Below are positions 25,889-30,405 of a DNA stretch of 30,405 bases, one piece after another. Position 1 is the stretch's first letter. Every line of letters starts with the position of its first letter. The notes beneath the pieces are model-generated. The model saw nothing but the letters and a program-made list of their open reading frames with translations. It was not told the origin of the DNA and made no database searches. Made by a program: the position numbers and the translations under genes. Source of the stretch: Candidatus Hydrogenedentota bacterium (GTDB lineage Bacteria; Hydrogenedentota; Hydrogenedentia; Hydrogenedentales; SLHB01); NCBI GenBank assembly GCA_029974275.1, contig JARKSN010000204.1:1-30405 (forward strand), in the 5' to 3' direction.

Positions 25889-27700
25889 TCAGCGGACCAC
25901 GACCAATTTGCGCGGAGGCAGCGTGATGGTGCGAGGCGTTCCTTGCCCAGTCAGTTTTTTTTCTATCGGGTTCTCTCCTCGATGGAACAACAGCAGTTCG
26001 TGCGCGCGCACCGTCGTCCAGACGTCATCCATCACGCCATCGAGGTGCGGCGTCTTCGTGAAACGGGATGCGACGGCGGCGGCGGCCTCGCGCAGCGTTT
26101 CGAAGGATTCGCCGGTGCGGAAGACCAAGCCTTTGCCCAGATGCATTCCGGAGGGCGATGCTTCGTTCACCCAATTCGCGGCGTTTCCGTCAATCGTTTC
26201 GATCGGTTTGTCCGCCGCCCACAGCAATACGCCGCCTCGCTTCACCCAGGGGCGAATCTTCGCCAATGTCTTGGGAGCGATCACGTTGCAGTGCGTTGCG
26301 ATAAGCACGCGATACGTGTTCAGCGCGCCGTCGTTGACGAGGAGTTCATCGAGCACGTCGTAATCGAACAGGTCGCGCAGGCGCATGCCCATGTCTACGG
26401 CCGGCATGATGGCGCCGTTGAGATAATAGACCGTCGTGGGGGCAAGCAACGCGATGTCCGTTTGGCCGCGTTCGCCCGTGAACAGAGGCAAGGATTCCGT
26501 CGCCGCGGCGAGGTGTTTTTCGAGTTCGTAGGTGAAGAGCGTTGTGGCGCCACAGGATGCGTCGGTGAATGTGCGCAGCGCGAAGGCGTCGGGGTCGAGT
26601 CCTCCGGCGGCTTCGGTTCGATAGGGAACGCCATAGTAGGCGTAGGCCGTGCTGGTCCACTTGTCGGCCCAATACGCGCCTCGGCTGTCGGCGGACTGCA
26701 TGGCGATGCGTTTCTTGCCGGCCATTTTCGCGAAGCCTGGGTTGTACGTGCCCCAGCTTACGGGGTTCATGTGGCCGCAGTTTCCGCCCGGCTTTGTCGC
26801 GACACGATCGCGACCGAAGATGGAGACCGCCATGTCGATCGACTTCGCGGAGAAATCGATCAAGGCCTGGTGATACCAATGAATGAAATCGAGCCAGCGT
26901 TGGCGATCGCGCGGCGGTTTCGTCGTGAAGTCTGGGATCGTCTCCGCCTGCAGTTCTTCCGGGAATGACACGTCGCTGAAACCTTTGAATGAGGCTCCCC
27001 ATGCATGGTTGAGGGCGGCAATCGATTTGTATTGGCGTCGCATCGTCTTCTGGAACAGCGGCAGGGCGTACGCGTCGCCGCACCAATACTGGCCGTCGGC
27101 ACAGTCGCCGACTTTCACCACGAAGTCCACGTAGGGCAGGGGGTAGTTGCCTTCGCCGTAGGGGCCGAGCAGGCAGGCGTAGACCTCCTCCAGGCGATCG
27201 CCGAATTGTGCGTGCAGGGCGGTGTAGAAATGCCGGTACCATTCGATCGTGCGCGGGTCGTAGATTGACAGCATGAAGCATTTCTTGCCGTCCCGGACGT
27301 TTGTCATCAACGTCGCGCGCGGGTCATCGCGCAACCACACCGGCGGGATGTGGCACCAGATGTATGGGATATAGAGCAAGCCCGCGTTGTGCAGACGATC
27401 GTAGACCGTTTCGTGGTGCGACCAGTCCCATTGTCCTTCGACCGGTTCGATCGCGCCCCATGCGAGGTAGTCCTCATAGGCCCACAGGCCCTGTGTGTGG
27501 AGGCGGCGCAGAGTTTCTAGGGAAGGGATGTGGGGCGAGAACGAGGGATCGGGATGCGCGCCGATGGGCGAATGGGTGATGTAATCGACCGAGAGATTCC
27601 CCGTTGTAAGGCGAGCGGTCTCTGTTCGTTTCATCGTGTCTCCATAGGCGTGAAGGGCGGTCGCCATCGCAAAGACGCAACTCCAGGCCAGCGGTCCCAT
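25889..27700 (-). CDS. Putative secreted TIM-barrel glycoside hydrolase (GH42/GH14-like) with C-terminal trimerisation-like domain
   Basis: Signal-like N-terminus from ATG 27700 (RBS GGAGGG), YLAWGAIEPVEGQWDWS, PPVWL, GPYGEGNYP, Y.SIAALNHAWG, RWLDFIHWY and WVKRGGVL. Confidence 0.72.
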   Translation of the reverse strand: MGPLAWSCVFAMATALHAYGDTMKRTETARLTTGNLSVDYITHSPIGAHPDPSFSPHIPSLETLRRLHTQGLWAYEDYLAWGAIEPVEGQWDWSHHETVYDRLHNAGLLYIPYIWCHIPPVWLRDDPRATLMTNVRDGKKCFMLSIYDPRTIEWYRHFYTALHAQFGDRLEEVYACLLGPYGEGNYPLPYVDFVVKVGDCADGQYWCGDAYALPLFQKTMRRQYKSIAALNHAWGASFKGFSDVSFPEELQAETIPDFTTKPPRDRQRWLDFIHWYHQALIDFSAKSIDMAVSIFGRDRVATKPGGNCGHMNPVSWGTYNPGFAKMAGKKRIAMQSADSRGAYWADKWTSTAYAYYGVPYRTEAAGGLDPDAFALRTFTDASCGATTLFTYELEKHLAAATESLPLFTGERGQTDIALLAPTTVYYLNGAIMPAVDMGMRLRDLFDYDVLDELLVNDGALNTYRVLIATHCNVIAPKTLAKIRPWVKRGGVLLWAADKPIETIDGNAANWVNEASPSGMHLGKGLVFRTGESFETLREAAAAVASRFTKTPHLDGVMDDVWTTVRAHELLLFHRGENPIEKKLTGQGTPRTITLPPRKLVVVR

Positions 27701-27728
27701 CGTCTTTCCCTCCAGGATGGCGTCGGGG

Positions 27729-28484
27729 TCATTCTGCGCGGCCGACATTGCCATCGACAAACGCATCGACCAATTCGGGATCGAAATGTTTGCCACGTTC
27801 GCTACGCAGGTAGACGATGGCATCCTCGTGCGTAGTGGTGCCTTTTCGGTAATGGCGCGGACTGGTCATGGCGCAGTAGACGTCCAGGATGCGCATAGCG
27901 CGCGCTAGGTACGGGATCGCTTCGCCTTCAAGCTGGTTGGGGTACCCTGTGCCATCCCAGCACTCGTGGTGGTGCCGAACAATCTCGTCGGTGTCTTTGA
28001 GAGCGTCAATTTGGGCTACGATCTCGCCTCCCTTTGTCGGATGTTCCTGAATCTGAATCCACTCGTCGTAGGTCAAGACACTTGCTTTGAGAAGCACATC
28101 GTTGGGGATGCGAAGCTTGCCGATGTCGCGCACGAGTGCGCCGCGTTCGAGTAGCAGCTGGTCGGACTCGCTTAGGCTTAGCGCGATGGCGAAGCGTGTC
28201 GCATGTTCTTTGACTCGTTTCGACGAACTTTGGGCGAAGGTTTCTCTGCAGTCGAGCGCCTCGGCGAGGAGGTAGAGGAGTTCCTCGTGGCGTAGCCCGA
28301 CAATAGAGGCGACTCGCACCACTTCTTCCACTGCATCAGCGCCGCCGATGACGGCTGAGACAGTGGGGGGGACTGCCGCGGCGACCACGAGTTCGGTTAC
28401 CTCGATTCCTTTGCCGGACGATGCCTCGGCGAGGGTTTGGCCGAGCGACGCCTCTGCTCCCACCACCGCGATGCACTTCAACAT
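27729..28484 (-). CDS. HD-GYP domain protein, degenerate metal-binding site
   Basis: HHECWDGTGYP...GEAIP and GKHFDP are present, but RDIGK replaces HDIGK. RBS AAGGAG. Confidence 0.88.
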   Translation of the reverse strand: MLKCIAVVGAEASLGQTLAEASSGKGIEVTELVVAAAVPPTVSAVIGGADAVEEVVRVASIVGLRHEELLYLLAEALDCRETFAQSSSKRVKEHATRFAIALSLSESDQLLLERGALVRDIGKLRIPNDVLLKASVLTYDEWIQIQEHPTKGGEIVAQIDALKDTDEIVRHHHECWDGTGYPNQLEGEAIPYLARAMRILDVYCAMTSPRHYRKGTTTHEDAIVYLRSERGKHFDPELVDAFVDGNVGRAE

Positions 28485-28511
28485 GGTCGGGTCTCCTTCT
28501 GGTTGCCGGGG

Positions 28512-30347
28512 TTACTCCACCGTCACGCTATTGGCAAGGTTTCTGGGTTGATCGACGTCGCAGCCTCGTTTCACTGCGATGTAGTAGGCCAGCAATTGGA
28601 GCGGCAGCGCCGCCACAATGGGGCTGAACGGTTCGTTACAGGCTGGAATATAGACGACGTCGTCGCTGTGGGACTTGATGCTTTCATCCCCTTCGGTGGC
28701 GATCGCCAAGACAATGCCTGAACGCGCCCGGATCTCCTGGATATTTGAGATCATCTTGTCATAGGCGCCGCCTTGGGGCGCAATCGCGATCACCGGATGC
28801 TCGGCTGTGATCAACGCGATGGGGCCATGCTTCATCTCGCCGGCTGCGTAGCCTTCCGCATGGATATAGCTGATTTCCTTGAGCTTCAGGGCGCCTTCGT
28901 ACGCGCTGGGATGGTTGAAGCCTCGGCCCAGGTAGAAAGCGCTGCGAGCGTTCCAGTATTTCGCGTCGGACGCGCATGCTTGTATCTGGTCTTGATGTTC
29001 CAGGCACCATTGGACTTTGTTGGGGATATCGTTCAGGTCGGCGATCAACGCGGCGGCTTGTTGCGTAGTGAGCGTCCCGCGCAGACGTCCCAGCCAGATG
29101 GCGAACAAAGCGAACGCCGTGATCTGGCATGTATACGCCTTGGTGGAGGCGACGCCGATTTCGGGCCCCGATTGGGTGTAGAGTACGCCTTCCGATTCGC
29201 GCGCGATGCTCGAGCCGACCACGTTCACGATCGACATCACCTTCGCGCCTTGGCGCTTGGCAATGCGCACGGCTTCGAGAGTATCGGCGGTTTCGCCCGA
29301 TTGCGTGACCGGAATGACAATCGTGTCGGGTGTGACAATCGGATTGCGGTAACGGTATTCCGACGAGATGTCGACCTCGACGGGGATCCGGCTGAAGGCT
29401 TCGATGAGGCGCTTTCCCACCAGTCCCGCGTGCCACGCCGTGCCGCAAGCCACAACATGAATGCGCGAACACGCGCGAATGTCGGCGTCCGTCAAGCCCA
29501 TGCCCTCGAACGTCACGGTGTCCGCCCCTTCCGTCACGCGCCCACGTAAGGTATTTAGGATGGCGTCCGGCTGCTGATGGATCTCCTTCAGCATGAAATG
29601 CGGATAGCCTTCCTTTTCGGCGGCGGCGGCGTCCCAATCCACGGTCTTGACCTCGAGGCGCTGGGGGACGCCGCGCAGGTTGCAGATCTCGTAGCTATCC
29701 CGCCGAATCGCGCAGACCTGTCCGTTGTCGAGGTACACGACGCGCCGCGTGTAGTTCATGATGGCGGGCGCGTCCGATGCGATGAACGATTCGCCGTCGC
29801 CCAGGCCGAGGATGAGCGGACTGCCGTGGCGCGCGGCAACGAGGAGGCCCGGATCGTGCTTGCAGATCACGCCAATCGCATACGCGCCTTCGACGTCGCG
29901 CAATGCCCGGCGCACGGCTTCGAACAGGCTGCCTGCGTAATACTTGCGCACGAGATGCGCGATGACTTCGGTGTCCGTTTGGCTGCGGAAATGGGCGCCA
30001 TCGGCGGCGAGTTGCTCGCGCAAACGCTGGTAATTCTCGATGATCCCGTTATGGACGACGGCGATTTCCATCGTGTTGTCGAAATGAGGGTGTGCGTTGA
30101 TCTCGCTGGGTGCGCCGTGCGTGGCCCAGCGGGTATGGCCGATGCCTAGGTTGCCGACGAGGGGGGAATCCTCGAGGCGCGTCGCGAGGCCTTTCAGCTT
30201 TCCGGGAGATTTCCGGTAACGCAGTTCGCCGTCGCTGATGACGGCCAGTCCCGCGCTGTCGTAGCCGCGATATTCGAGTCTGCGGAGTCCCTCCAGAATG
30301 ATAGGGACGGCGTTTTTCTCACCGATGTAGCCCACAATGCCGCACAT
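28512..30347 (-). CDS. glmS: Glutamine--fructose-6-phosphate aminotransferase (isomerizing) GlmS
   Basis: MCGIVG start at 30347, LEYRGYDSAG, GHTRWATHG, TQSGETADT, VASTKAY, EGALKLKEISY, GEMKHGP and the end PRNLANSVTVE. Confidence 0.97.
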   Translation of the reverse strand: MCGIVGYIGEKNAVPIILEGLRRLEYRGYDSAGLAVISDGELRYRKSPGKLKGLATRLEDSPLVGNLGIGHTRWATHGAPSEINAHPHFDNTMEIAVVHNGIIENYQRLREQLAADGAHFRSQTDTEVIAHLVRKYYAGSLFEAVRRALRDVEGAYAIGVICKHDPGLLVAARHGSPLILGLGDGESFIASDAPAIMNYTRRVVYLDNGQVCAIRRDSYEICNLRGVPQRLEVKTVDWDAAAAEKEGYPHFMLKEIHQQPDAILNTLRGRVTEGADTVTFEGMGLTDADIRACSRIHVVACGTAWHAGLVGKRLIEAFSRIPVEVDISSEYRYRNPIVTPDTIVIPVTQSGETADTLEAVRIAKRQGAKVMSIVNVVGSSIARESEGVLYTQSGPEIGVASTKAYTCQITAFALFAIWLGRLRGTLTTQQAAALIADLNDIPNKVQWCLEHQDQIQACASDAKYWNARSAFYLGRGFNHPSAYEGALKLKEISYIHAEGYAAGEMKHGPIALITAEHPVIAIAPQGGAYDKMISNIQEIRARSGIVLAIATEGDESIKSHSDDVVYIPACNEPFSPIVAALPLQLLAYYIAVKRGCDVDQPRNLANSVTVE

Positions 30348-30405
30348 GGCTTGATCCCCGAAAGATGGATGATGCGTCATTGTAGCGGAAACGGCGCAGC
30401 GTGGC

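Noticed and set aside
20902..26968. Long antisense or alternate-frame ORFs (e.g. 20902-22503, 22427-23584, 24665-25822, 25640-26968; also 3059-4003, 12191-13387, 13583-14662)
   Set aside because: They are shadows of well-supported genes in GC-rich DNA, Arg/Pro-rich and without motifs.
30348..30405. glmS ribozyme, or the longer glmS start at 30380
   Set aside because: Only 58 nt of upstream sequence is available and it has no ribozyme core. GlmS needs Cys at its mature N-terminus, which fixes the start at 30347.

Overview
GC-rich bacterial window; the lineage cannot be fixed from sequence alone. Left to right it holds: the 3' part of a tandem (Ig-like spacer + FGE-sulfatase/CLec-fold) protein whose domain ends look like DGR variable regions; an inverted pair of GTAG-type REP-like palindromes; nhaA; a REC + degenerate-GGDEF regulator; a + strand chemosensory operon (cheA-cheX-cheY-cheR-cheD-HDOD-cheY-cheX-like-cheB); and a convergent - strand operon (small receiver-like protein, cheW, MCP) preceded by an NtrC-type sigma54 activator. 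The right third carries a beta-helix carbohydrate enzyme and a - strand run of glmS, degenerate HD-GYP, glycoside hydrolase, GT9 and a GT-C/TPR glycosyltransferase. Four observations stand out. (1) Both chemosensory operons share the same upstream architecture: three TCCGG-N5-CCGGA-like palindromes on an exact 20-bp period, an IHF-like site, and a sigma54 promoter with the same non-canonical -12 (TTGATA). (2) CheA carries four MshEN-like c-di-GMP-binding motifs where P2 normally sits. (3) The FGE domains show a DGR-like NNC codon signature, although no template repeat or reverse transcriptase is in the window. (4) GlmS has Asn at its catalytic C-terminal Lys position.
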